Part shown: positions 54,101 through 64,000 of the stretch, in pieces
Numbering within the stretch: position 1 is the first letter of the stretch
Layout of the letters: every line of letters begins with the position of its first letter
Made by a program: the position numbers and the translations under genes
The notes under the pieces: model-generated
What the model was told of the DNA's origin: nothing
The model's database searches: none
Seen by the model: only the letters and a program-made list of their open reading frames with translations
Source of the DNA: Anaeramoeba ignava BMAN
Taxonomy: Eukaryota > Protista > Anaeramoebae
Length of the DNA: 64,000 nt
NCBI GenBank assembly: GCA_028826165.1
Contig: JAPDFW010000075.1
Coordinates: 355,632 to 419,631, forward strand
Reading direction: 5' to 3'

Positions 54101-55066
54101 TTCTTGGAAATTAAAAATTGAATAATATCAATTGATAAATTAAATTTTAAAGCATAATGTAAAGCATTTTCATTACAATTATTAGTAAAAAATAAATTTG
54201 CATTTCTATCACAAAGATATTTAATCATTTCCAAATTCATTTTTTTTGAAATGACATAAAATAAAGGTGTTTCAAACTAAAAAAAAGAAAAGGTTTTTTT
54301 TAAAACATTTTAATAATCAAATTCTAAATTAAATTAAATTAAATTAAATTAAATTACATTCTAATAAATAATAAATTTTAATTTCAATTTTAATTTTAAT
54401 TTCAATTTAATTTTAATTTAATTTTAATTTTAATTTTAATTTTAATTTTAATTTTAATTTTAATTTTAATTTTAATTTTAATTTTAATTTTAATTTTAAT
54501 TTTAATTTTAATTTTAATTTTAATTTTAATTTTAATTTTAATTTTAATTTTAATTTTAATTTTAATTTTAATTTTAATTTTAATTTTAATTTTAATTTTA
54601 ATTTTAATTTTAATTTTAATTTTAATTTTAATTTTAATTTTAATTTTAATTTTAATTTTAATTTTAATTTTAATTTTAATTTTAATTTAATTTAATTTAA
54701 TTTTAATTTTAATTTTAATTTTAATTTCAATTTTAATTTTATTTAATTACTTCCTAAATTAATCAATAATAAAAATATAAAATAAAAATGTTTTTCTTTT
54801 GTTTGTTTGTTTTTTTAATTTTATTTACATTAACTGAATTAACATCAGATCCATTTTTTAAAATTTCATCTAATTCTTCAAATGATTTTTTATCATCAAT
54901 TGCTTCAAAAAAATCTAAAGCTGACTATTTTATTATTAATATAAAAAATAAATTAAAATTTTTTTCAATTATTTTTTTTTTTTACATTAAATTTATCATC
55001 ATCATATTCATCAAGAGTTTCAATTCTTTCATCTTCTTCAAAAAAATTAAACAATAAAGCATCCAT
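48188..55066 (-). CDS. Ankyrin-repeat (about 23 repeats) plus C-terminal BTB/POZ protein; about 46 exons including 20 single-codon microexons; about 1075 aa
   Basis: Large exons: 54986-55066, 54829-54924, 54079-54276, 53752-53850, 53426-53527, 53133-53228, 52969-53061, 52732-52833, 52434-52529, 52189-52284, 51859-51954, 51548-51661, 51229-51339, 51036-51137, 50853-50954, 50698-50796, 50376-50495, 50199-50303, 50004-50105, 49768-49869, 49596-49694, 49264-49360, 48188-49015. All have AG/GT boundaries and all but one are phase 0. TPLH-like and GA(D/N)xN motifs recur. BTB motif TSDFSIIKDDQEIKVHKFVLAARSGLFKGMF. Confidence 0.88.
49086..49167 (-). other. Probable microexons TTT (49165-49167) and GAT (49086-49088, or a 9-nt form 49086-49094)
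   Basis: Context aatag|TTT|gttgaa and aaaag|GAT|gtatga. The upstream exon is 97 nt, so the phase is unresolved. Confidence 0.55.
49429..49434 (-). other. 6-nt microexon TCATCA (SS)
   Basis: Context tttag|TCATCA|gtaaaa; gives NVSFQN-SS-YNSLMH. Confidence 0.8.
49934..49936 (-). other. 3-nt microexon GGA
   Basis: Context attag|GGA|gtaaca, in the middle of a 134-nt gap. Confidence 0.8.
50573..50596 (-). other. 24-nt mini-exon YVDRWGYS
   Basis: Context aatag|TATGTTGATAGATGGGGTTATAGT|gtttga; a GC-richer island inside an AT intron, phase 0. Confidence 0.72.
51401..51476 (-). other. 3-nt microexon pair TAT (51474-51476) and TAT (51401-51403)
   Basis: Context aaaaag|TAT|gtaaaa twice with near-identical flanks. 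Confidence 0.72.
51727..51799 (-). other. 3-nt microexon pair AGT (51797-51799) and CAA (51727-51729)
   Basis: Context attag|AGT|gtaaat and tttag|CAA|gtattt; gives NISITD-S-Q-NNSPLI. Confidence 0.8.
52022..52099 (-). other. 3-nt microexon pair AAA (52097-52099) and CCA (52022-52024)
   Basis: Context attag|AAA|gtaaaa and taaag|CCA|gtaaaa; gives DLNLRD-K-P-KRTPFH. Confidence 0.8.
52352..52357 (-). other. 6-nt microexon GTTATT (VI)
   Basis: Context aatag|GTTATT|gtaaat; gives DINQQD-VI-GRTILH. Confidence 0.82.
52594..52667 (-). other. 3-nt microexon pair AAT (52665-52667) and GCA (52594-52596)
   Basis: Context attag|AAT|gtaaat and attag|GCA|gtaaaa; gives ISN-N-A-NENILH. Confidence 0.8.
52893..52895 (-). 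other. Single 3-nt microexon AAA
   Basis: Context aatag|AAA|gtaatt; gives DINAED-K-FGDFP, with the second loop residue F carried on the next exon. Confidence 0.8.
53295..53367 (-). other. 3-nt microexon pair GAA (53365-53367) and ATG (53295-53297)
   Basis: Context tatag|GAA|gtaaaa and tctag|ATG|gtaaat. Confidence 0.78.
53594..53684 (-). other. 3-nt microexon pair AAA (53682-53684) and GAT (53594-53596)
   Basis: Context tttag|AAA|gtaaat and aaaag|GAT|gtattt; gives NLDLLD-K-D-KNTPLH. Confidence 0.8.
53954..54019 (-). other. 3-nt microexon pair CAA (54017-54019) and CAA (53954-53956)
   Basis: Context tttag|CAA|gtaatt twice; gives DINAQN-Q-Q-KETVLH. Confidence 0.8.
54358..54753 (-). other. 3-nt microexon pair GAA (54751-54753) and AAT (54358-54360)
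   Basis: Context tttag|GAA|gtaatt and attag|AAT|gtaatt; gives DVNSVN-E-N-FETPLF. Confidence 0.8.
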
Positions 55067-55623
55067 TTCTAATTAATTTTTTTTATTTATTTATTTTTCA
55101 AAACAAAATGAAAAAATGAAAAATGAAAAAATGAAATTTTTATTTTTTAAAAAGAAAAAAAAAACAATTATTTTTTATTATCAAATTCTTAATTTTCTTT
55201 CTAATAAAAAAAAACAAAACAACAACATATAAGAATTTAATAATAAAAATAGAATTGAATAAGAAAAATAATTTTAATTTTTCTTCTTCTCTTTTTGAAT
55301 TTTTTGAATTTGATTTTATAAAAAGTATTTTTGCCAATATAAAATCAAATTAAATAAGAAAATGACTTTGATTTAAATTATTATTTTTTAATTTTCAAAT
55401 TATTATTTTTAATTTTTAATTTTTAATTTTTGATTTTTGATTTTTAATTTTTGATTTTTGATTTTTGATTTTTGATTTTTGATTTTTAATTTTTAATTTT
55501 TAATTTTTAATTTTTTGAAAGTTTATATTTAACTAAATCTTGAAAGTGAAAATAGTTACAAAATTAAACATTTTTAAATTATCAAAAAAAAATTATTAAT
55601 TTTTGTTTTGTTTTGTTTTGTTT

Positions 55624-58600
55624 TTAAATATTTGAAATGAGAATTTTTTGATCTTTTTCAAATTGATTTTGATTTTGATTTTGATTTTGATTTTGATTTT
55701 GATTTTGATTTTGATTTTGATTTTGATTTTGATTTTGATTTTGATTTTGATTTTGATTTTGATTTTGATTTTGATTTAAATTTTGATTTAAATTTTGATT
55801 TTGATTTAAATTTTGATTTTGATTTTGATTTTGATTTTGATTTTGATTTTTGATTTTCGTTTTGATTTCGATTTTGATTTTGATTTTGATTTTGATTTTG
55901 ATTTTGATTTTGATTTTGATTTTGATTTTGATTTTGATTTTGATTTTGATTTTGATTTTGATTTTGATTTTGATTTTCATTTTGATTTTGATTTTGATTT
56001 TGATTTTGATTTTGATTTTTTTGATTTTGATTTTGATTTTTTGATTTTGATTTTGATTTTGATTTTGATTTTGATTTTGATTTTGATTTTGATTTTGATT
56101 TTGATTTAAATTTTGATTTTGATTTTGATTTTGATTTTGATTTTGATTTTGATTTAAATTTTGATTTTGATTTTGATTTTGATTTTGATTTTGATTTTGA
56201 TTTTGATTTTGATTTTGATTTTGATTTTGATTTTGATTTTGATTTTGATTTTGATTTTGATTTTGATTTAAATTTTGATTTTGATTTTGATTTTGATTTT
56301 GATTTAAATTTTGATTTTCATTTTGATTTAAATTTTCAATTTGATTTAAATTTTGATTTTGATTTTGATTTAAATTTTGATTTTGATTTAAATTTTGATT
56401 TTGATTTTGATTTTGATTTTCAATTTGATTTTCAATTTGATTTTGATTTTCGTTTTCGTTTTCGTTTTCAAATTGATTTCGGTTTTCAGTTTGACTTTTG
56501 CTTCTTGTGTGAATCCTGATTAAATTAATTTGAATATTTTGTTTTATTTTTTGAATTTCATTATTTTGAATATTTTGATTATTTTGAATATTTTGATTAT
56601 TTTGATTATTTTGATTATTTTGAATATTTTGAATATTTTGAATATTTTGAATATTTTGAATATTTTGAATATTTTCATTATTTTGATTATTTTCATCAGT
56701 TTCAATATCATTATTTTCATCAGTTTCATTATCTTCTTTTTCAGATAAAGAATTAAAATAACTTTCATCATTTTCACTATCAATATGATCAATTAAATAA
56801 TCAGTTAAATCACTATCTTCTCTTTTGATTTCAAAACTTTGACTTGAAACAAGAGAAAGTTTATGTTTAGATTTATGTTTAGGTTTATCAGTATTTTCAT
56901 TAAAAATATCATCAGCTTCAGATGAAAAATCATTTTCATTTGAATTTTCAATTTCACTTTCTGTTTCATTTTCATTTGAATTTTCATTTGAATTTTCAAT
57001 TTCGTTTGAATTTTCAATTTCAATTTCATTTGAAATTTCATTTTCATTTTCACTTTCTGTTTCTGTTTCATTTTCAGTTAAATTTTCCTTTTCTGATAAA
57101 TCATCTTTTTCTAATAAATCTTTTTCTGTTAAATCTTCTTCTTGTTTTTCATCAATAATTTCAATTAAATCATTTTCAGAAATTGATCTTTGAATATTTG
57201 ATGCTTTTCGATAAGTTTTTATTGGTTTTTTTTGTGATGTTGGTTGAATTACTTGCTTTTTAAAACATTTTTTTTCAAAGCAATTGCATCTAATTTTTGT
57301 TTTTTTTTAAGTTGATGTTTTGACCATGAAGTTAATAATTTAACACTATTTTTATCTCTATATTCCAATGCAAGTTGTAATGGTGTTTTTTGATCATTAT
57401 TAGCTAAATTTCCATCAGCATGTTTTTTTAATAAAACTAAAATAATATCTTGTCTTCTACGAACTACAGCTTTATGTATTGATGTCCAACCCTTAAATAA
57501 AATAATTTTAAATTTTAATTTTAATTTTAATATTAAATTTTAATTTTATTTTTAAATTTAATTTTAATTTTAAATTTAATTTTGATTTTAATTTTAATTT
57601 TAATTTTAAATTTAATTTTATAAATGAATTTTAAGTTTACATCTTTATCTTGTGCATTTACATTTGCCTTAAAACGAATAAGTAAATCAATAAATGGTTT
57701 TTGAATATTACTTCCACATGCAATTAATAATGGTGTATTCATCTTTTTTTTTTTGTTAAAAAATTGATTTACAAAATTAGAAATAAATTTAATTATTATT
57801 TTTTTGATTTTAATTTTATATAAAACATTTATATCAATAGCATTAATATTTGCTCCTTTTTTTAATAATTCAGATGCTGCAGTAATATTTCCACTTTGAG
57901 CACAATAATGTAAAGGTGTTAATCCCTTAATAATAAATTAAAAATTATTTCAAAATAAATATTAATAATTCTTAATAAATCATAAAAAATACTAAATAAT
58001 CTCTTTCATTAACATCAGCTCCTAATCCAATTAAATAACTAATAATTTTATTTGAACAATTTAATGAAGCTGTATGAAGTGGACGCCAACCCTTTTTATT
58101 TAATTATTTATAAATTATTTAATTATTAATTATTTATTAATTATTTAATTTTTTATTTATAATTTTACAGTTTTTGTTTCTCCATTAACATCAGCTCCAT
58201 TTTTAACTAAAATTTTGATTAATTCTGTGCAACAATTAGGATTATCACAAGCATAATGAAGTGGTGTTAATCCCTTAATAATATTTTTAATAAATTTAAT
58301 AAATTTAATATTTTTAATAAATTTAATAAATTTAATATTTTTATTTTTATTTTTATTACAAACTAATTAAAACCAAAAAATAATAATTTAAATAAATATT
58401 TCCAATAAATTTATTCATAAATTTATACTTTATTTTGAACAACATTTGCACCTGATGAAATTAAAAGTTTTGTAATATTAACATTTGCTAATTTAGAACT
58501 AAAATGTAAAGGAGTATCTCCCTATAAAAAATATACAAATAAATAAATATAAGAAATGAATTGAAAATATTTTTTAAAATTTAATCAAATGTAATTCTTT

Positions 58601-59028
58601 TGAAATAATTCTAAATATTACACAAGTTCCAATAGAATTAACATTTGCTCCTAATGTTATTAATTCTTGGATAATTTGAATTTTTTGTTTAAGAATTGCA
58701 AAATGTAAAAGTGGTAAACCCTTTAATAAAAAATTAAAAATTATTTTAATTAAATTTAATTACAAAAATTTATTAAATTTAATATCTTTAAAAACAAATT
58801 TTTTTGTTTACATCCTAATTTAAAATTAATATTAAAATATAATAAAAAATAAAATAAATATAAAATAAAAATATATACGCATTGATTTTTATTATTGAAA
58901 AAAATTTTTTTTTTTGTTTTTTTTACTTTATTTTTTTTTTCAAAATCAATCCTTCCTCTTTTTGAAATTGCTTGAATTTTCTTTAAATTTCCAGTTTCAA
59001 TAAGTTCAAAAATGTTTTGATTTCCCAT
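55624..59028 (-). CDS. Ankyrin-repeat protein (about 8-9 repeats) with a long acidic/NQ low-complexity C-terminus; two 3-nt microexons
   Basis: Phase-0 exons 58927-59028, 58812-58814, 58622-58720, 58429-58521, 58360-58362, 58169-58273, 57993-58091, 57827-57925, 57641-57742 and a last exon from 57491. Motifs GDTPLH, GLTPLH, GWRPLH. The tail has several apparent frameshifts, so the stop is uncertain. Confidence 0.8.
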
Positions 59029-59254
59029 TTTTCTTTTTATTTTAAGTTTAAATTTCTTCTTTTTATCTTTGTTTTTGTGTTTATTTTAATTTTAATTTTA
59101 ATTTTAATTTCTCTTCAATTTGAATTTTAAAAAAAAAAACCAAATGCAAAAAAAAAAAGGTTTTTTTTATTGGATTTTATAAACTAAATTTTAAACCGAC
59201 AATTTAAAGAATAAAAAAATTGAAAAATGAAAAATAAAAAAATGAAAAAAATTT

Positions 59255-59920
59255 AAATCAAATTAAATCAAATTAAATTAAATTAAATTAAATTAAATTA
59301 AATTAAATCAAATCAAATTAAATATTTAAATTTAAATCAAATCAAATTAAATCAATATTTAAATTAAATTAAAAATAAATTAAATTAAATATTTAAATCA
59401 AATCAAATTAAATTTAAATCAAATCAATATTTAAATTAAATTTAAATCAAATTAAATTAAATTAAAATCAAATATTTAAATTTAAATTAAATTAAAATAT
59501 TTAAATTAAATCAAATATTTAAATTTCAAATCAAAAATTAAATTAAATTAAATATTTATCAAATCAAATTAAATTAAATATTTAAATCAAATCAAATTAA
59601 ATATTTAAATTTAAATCTCAAATTAAATTAAATCAAATTAAATTAAATCAAATTAAATTAAATTAAATCAAATATTTAAATTAAATAATTAAATTAAATA
59701 TTTAAATCAAATTAAATTAAATTAAATCAATTAAATCAAATTAAATATTTAAATTAAATTAAATTAAATTAAATCAAATTAAATCAAATATTTAAATTAA
59801 ATCAAATTAAATATTTAAATTAAATCAAATATTTAAATCAAATTAAATATTTAAATCAAATCAAATATTTAAATCAAATCAAATATTTAAATCAAATCAA
59901 ATATTCAAATCAAATATTCA
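59255..59920. repeat. Intergenic (aaatt/aaatc)n pentamer satellite
   Basis: Seen directly. Confidence 0.85.
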
Positions 59921-59980
59921 ATAATTCAATTTCATTTTTTTTCATTTTTTTTCAATTTTTTTTCAAAAACAAAATAAATA

Positions 59981-60925
59981 ATGGATACATCATTTAAAAC
60001 ACTTGTTGGCAAATCAAATGCACAATTTCTTGGAGTTTGTGCTTTGTTTTTGATAGTTTGTGTTTTTGTTTTTTATTTTTTTGGATTTATTTTTTTGTAA
60101 AATAAAAGAAGAATTTAAAATAAAATTTTTATTTTATTTTTTAAAAAAAATATAAATGATTTAGATTGGAATTGTTTTAGGAGGTATTGGATATAGTGGA
60201 GCAGTTTATGAATTAGGTTATATTGGTACAGGAATTTTCGCATTATCAATTATATTTGTTTTGGTTATACTTTCAGTATTTTGTACTCGAACATATCAGT
60301 AAAATTTATTTAATTTAATTTAATTTAATTACTTTCCAAAATCAAAATCAAAATCAAAATCAAAATCAAAATCAAAATCAAAATCAAAATCAAAATTTAA
60401 ATCAAAATATAAATCAAAATCAAAATCAAAATCAATTCATTTATTTAATTTTAATTTAAACAAAAAATAAAATAAAAAAGAATAAAAGATGTTTTTGGAT
60501 CAAAACAATTTGGTTTATATTATCAACAAATTCAAAATCAAAAAAAGATTCCAATTCGAAATCAATATCAATATCAACAAATTCCAAATCAAATTCCAAA
60601 TCAAATTCCAAATCAAATTCCAAATCAAATTCCAAATCAAATTCCAAATCAAATTCCAAATCAAATTCCAAATCAAATTCCAAATCAAATTCAAATCAAT
60701 ATTCAAAATTTCTCCAAATTCCAAATCAAAATCCAAAATCAAAATCAAAATCAAAAATCAAAATATTCAAAATTTAAATCAATATCAACAATTTCTCCAA
60801 TTTCAAAATAACAAAATCAAAATGAAAATCAAAATGAAAATGAAAATCAAGAATATCAACAATTTCTTCAATTTCAACAATTTCTTCAAAATCAAAATCA
60901 AAATCAATTTCAAAATCAAAATTGA
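59981..60925 (+). CDS. Small two-TM membrane protein with Q/N-rich tail (type A, copy 1)
   Basis: Exons 59981-60055, 60165-60298 and 60481 to about 60925; MDTSFKTLVGKSNAQFLGVCALFLIIGIVLGGIG...GTGIFALSIIFVLVILSVFC. Confidence 0.65.
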
Positions 60926-61268
60926 ATTTCTAAATTATTTTATTTCCAAATTATTTTATTTCTAAATTAAATTATTTCCAAATTATTTCTAAATTAAATT
61001 ATTTCTAAATTATTTTATTTCCAAATTATTTTATTTCTAAATTATTTTATTTCAAAATTAAATTATTTCCAAATTATTTTATTTCCAAATTATTTTATTT
61101 CTAAATTATTTTATTTTCAAAATTATTTTATTTCCAAATTAAATTATTTCTAAATTATTTCCAAATTATTTTAAATTCTTTTTTGATCCAAAAAAATTAA
61201 AATAAAGGAAAAAATTCATTTCGAAATTTCATTTTTTTTTCATTTTTTCTTTCTTTTTTTCAATTAAA

Positions 61269-62069
61269 ATGTTTCCTGATACAAATTTTAAAACTCTTAT
61301 GGGAACAACAAATTACCAATCTTTTGTGTTTTCTTTTATTGCAATTTTTGTAAATTTTTTTGACATAATTTTTTTGAAAGAATTTTTTTGTTTTTGGATT
61401 TCAAATTTTTTTTAATAAAAAAATAGGGAGGAGTTATGTTGGTTATGCTGGGAATGTTCCTTGAAATTGTAGAGATTGAAATTACTGGAGGTGTTTTTAT
61501 GCTTTTGATAATTTGTTATTGGTTTGTATTTGGATTTGTTCATGCTCAAACCAAAAAAGAGTAAAAAAACATTTCAATTTAAAACAATTTCAATTTAAAA
61601 CAATTTCAATTTAAAACAATTTCAATTTAAAAAAATTAAAAGAGTTTCTCAAAACAAATTTCCACATTACTTCAATCCAATTCGAAATCAAAATCAAAAT
61701 AAAAATCAAAATCAAAATCCAATTCGAAATCAAAATCAAAATCAAAATCAAAATCAAAATCAAAATTTAAATCAAAATCAAAATTTAAATTACAATAATT
61801 TCCAAATCAAAGATCAAAATGAACCTCTTCTTTATCAAAATCAATTTCAAAATCAAAATCAAAATCAAAATCAATTTCAAAATCAAAATCAAAATCAAAA
61901 TCAAAATTTAAATTATAATTATTTTCCAAATCAAATTCAAAATCAAAACCTTTATCAACCTCCAAATTTGGTTACAAACCAAAAGCAAAATCAAAATCAA
62001 TCAATTCCGATTAATCAAGAAAATGAATTAAATAAAGAGAATAAATCAGAAGATGATTTTGATTTATAA
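61269..62069 (+). CDS. Small two-TM membrane protein with Q/N-rich tail (type B, copy 1)
   Basis: MFPDTNFKTLMGTTNYQSFVFSFIAIF|GGVMLVMLGMF...GGVFMLLIICYWFVFGFVH; three exons; ends SEDDFDL*. Confidence 0.65.
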
Positions 62070-62138
62070 TTTAATTGGATTTTTTCAATTTCATTTTTTT
62101 TCATTTTTTTTCAATTTTTTTCAAAAACAAAATAAATA

Positions 62139-63095
62139 ATGGATACATCATTTAAAACACTTGTTGGCAAATCAAATGCACAATTTCTTGGAGTTTCTGT
62201 TTTGCTTTTGATAGTTTGTGTTTTTGTTTTTTATTTTTTTGGATTTATTTTTTTGTAAAATAAAAAGAATTTAAAATAAAATTTTTATTTTATTTTTAAA
62301 AAAAAATATAAATGATTTAGATTGGAATTGTTTTAGGAGGTATTGGATATAGTGGAGATTTTTTATTAGGTTATATTGGTACAGGAATTTTTGCATTATC
62401 AATTATATTTGTTTGGATTATCTTTTTGTTATTTTGTACTCGAAAATATCAGTAAAATTTATTTAATTTAATTAATTACTTTCCAAAATTAAAATCAAAA
62501 TCAAAATCAAAATCAAAATCAAAATCAAAATCAAAATCAAAATCAAAATCAAAATCAAAATCAAAATCAAAATCAAAATCAAAATCAAAATCAAAATCAA
62601 AATCAAAATCAAATTGAAATCAATTCATTTATTTAATTTTAATTTAAACAAAAAATAAAATAAAAAAGAATAAAAGATGTTTTTGGATCAAAACAATTTG
62701 GTTTATCTTATCAACAAATTCAAAATCAAAATCAAAATCAAATTCCAATTCAAAATCAAAATCAATATCAACCAATTCAAAATCAAATTCCAATTTCAAA
62801 ACCAATTCAAAATCAAATTCCAAATCAAAATCAAAATCAAAATCAAAATCAAAATCAATTTCAAAATCAATTTAAACAATTTCAACAATTTCAACAATTT
62901 CAACAATTTCAACAATTTCTTCAAAATCAAAATAAAAATCAAAATCAAAATCAAAATCAAAATCAATTTCAAAATCAAAATCAAAATCAAAATCAAAATC
63001 AATTTCAACAATTTCAACAATTTCAACAATTTCAACAATTTCTTCAAAATCAAAATCAAAATCAAAATCAAAATCAATTTCAAAATCAAAATTGA
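62139..63095 (+). CDS. Small two-TM membrane protein (type A, copy 2)
   Basis: Near-identical to 59981-60925, including the introns. Confidence 0.65.
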
Positions 63096-63646
63096 ATTTC
63101 AAAATTATTTTATTTCCAAATTATTTTATTTCAAAATTATTTTATTTCTAAATTATTTTATTTCAAAATTAAATTATTTCCAAATTATTTTACTTCCAAA
63201 TTATTTTATTTCAAAATTATTTTATTTCAAAATTATTTCTAAATTATTTTATTCCAAATTATTTTATTTCAAAATTATTTTATTTCCAAATTATTTTATT
63301 TCTAAATTAAATTATTTCCAAATTATTTCTAAATTATTTCTAAATTATTTTACTTCCAAATTATTTTATTCCCAAATTATTATTTCCAAATTATTTTATT
63401 TCTAAATTATTTTATTTCTAAATTAAATTATTTCTAAATTATTTCAAAATTATTGAATTTCAAAATTATTTAATTTCTAAATTAAATTATTTCTAAATTA
63501 TTTTATTCCCAAATTATTATTTCAAAATTAAATTATTTCCAAATTATTTTAAATTCTTTTTTGATCCAAAAAAATTAAAATAAAGGAAAAAATTCATTTC
63601 GAAATTTCATTTTTTTTTCATTTTTTCTTTCTTTTTTTCAATTAAA

Positions 63647-64000
63647 ATGTTTCCTGATACAAGTTTTAAAAACTCTTATGGGAACAACAAATTTTCATTT
63701 TTTTGTGTGTTCTTTTATAACTTTTTCTGTAAAATTTTTTTGACATAATTTTTTTTTATTGAATAAATGAAAAATTAAATAAAAAATTAAAAAAAAAATA
63801 GATTGCAGTTGTTTTAATTATTTTAGGAACGATAATTCCATCTATAGCTTTAATGGCTATTGGAGGATTTTTTATGCTTTACACACCTTGTTATTGGTTT
63901 GTAGTTTCATTTCTTCATTATCAAACCAAAAAGGAAGTAAAAAGAAAATTTAAAGAAAATTTAGAAAATTTAAAAGAGAAATATAGTCAAAAGAACTTAT
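63647..64000 (+). CDS. Small two-TM membrane protein (type B, copy 2), partial
   Basis: Starts MFPDTSF with the same upstream region as 61269; possible 1-nt homopolymer frameshift; runs off the window. Confidence 0.55.

Noticed and set aside
1-64000. Inteins, transposons, CRISPR arrays, tRNA/rRNA, U12 (AT-AC) introns, stop-codon reassignment
   Set aside because: I saw no Hint or endonuclease motifs, terminal repeats, repeat-spacer structure or structured RNA. All reconstructed introns are GT-AG, and long ORFs end at standard stops.

Overview
This is very AT-rich, intron-rich eukaryotic DNA with the standard code and GT-AG introns of mostly 55-100 nt. The N/Q tracts and the TLDc and ankyrin-BTB genes suggest an Anaeramoeba-like protist (inference only). 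Genes in order: partial RasGEF; membrane-anchored bZIP; TLDc protein; glomulin/ALF4-like protein; VPS9 GEF; small coiled-coil protein; PH-PH-EF-hand-like protein; AzgA/NCS2 purine permease; giant alpha-actinin-like protein; BEACH-WD40 protein; FG-GAP/FN3 type I membrane protein; two ankyrin-repeat genes; a tandem array of small two-TM genes. Large AT satellites fill introns and intergenic space. Main finding: the minus-strand ankyrin-BTB gene (48188-55066), almost invisible in the ORF track, reconstructs by hand to about 46 exons. Each ankyrin core is one phase-0 exon of about 93-120 nt. The two variable beta-hairpin residues (D/N-x-x-G) are encoded by single-codon 3-nt microexons: 20 in this gene, plus two 6-nt exons and one 24-nt exon. 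Two more 3-nt exons occur in the neighbouring ankyrin gene. Microexon number tracks both the residues missing from the ankyrin register and the quantised intron spacing. Several apparent frameshifts in homopolymer or repeat tracts look like assembly errors.
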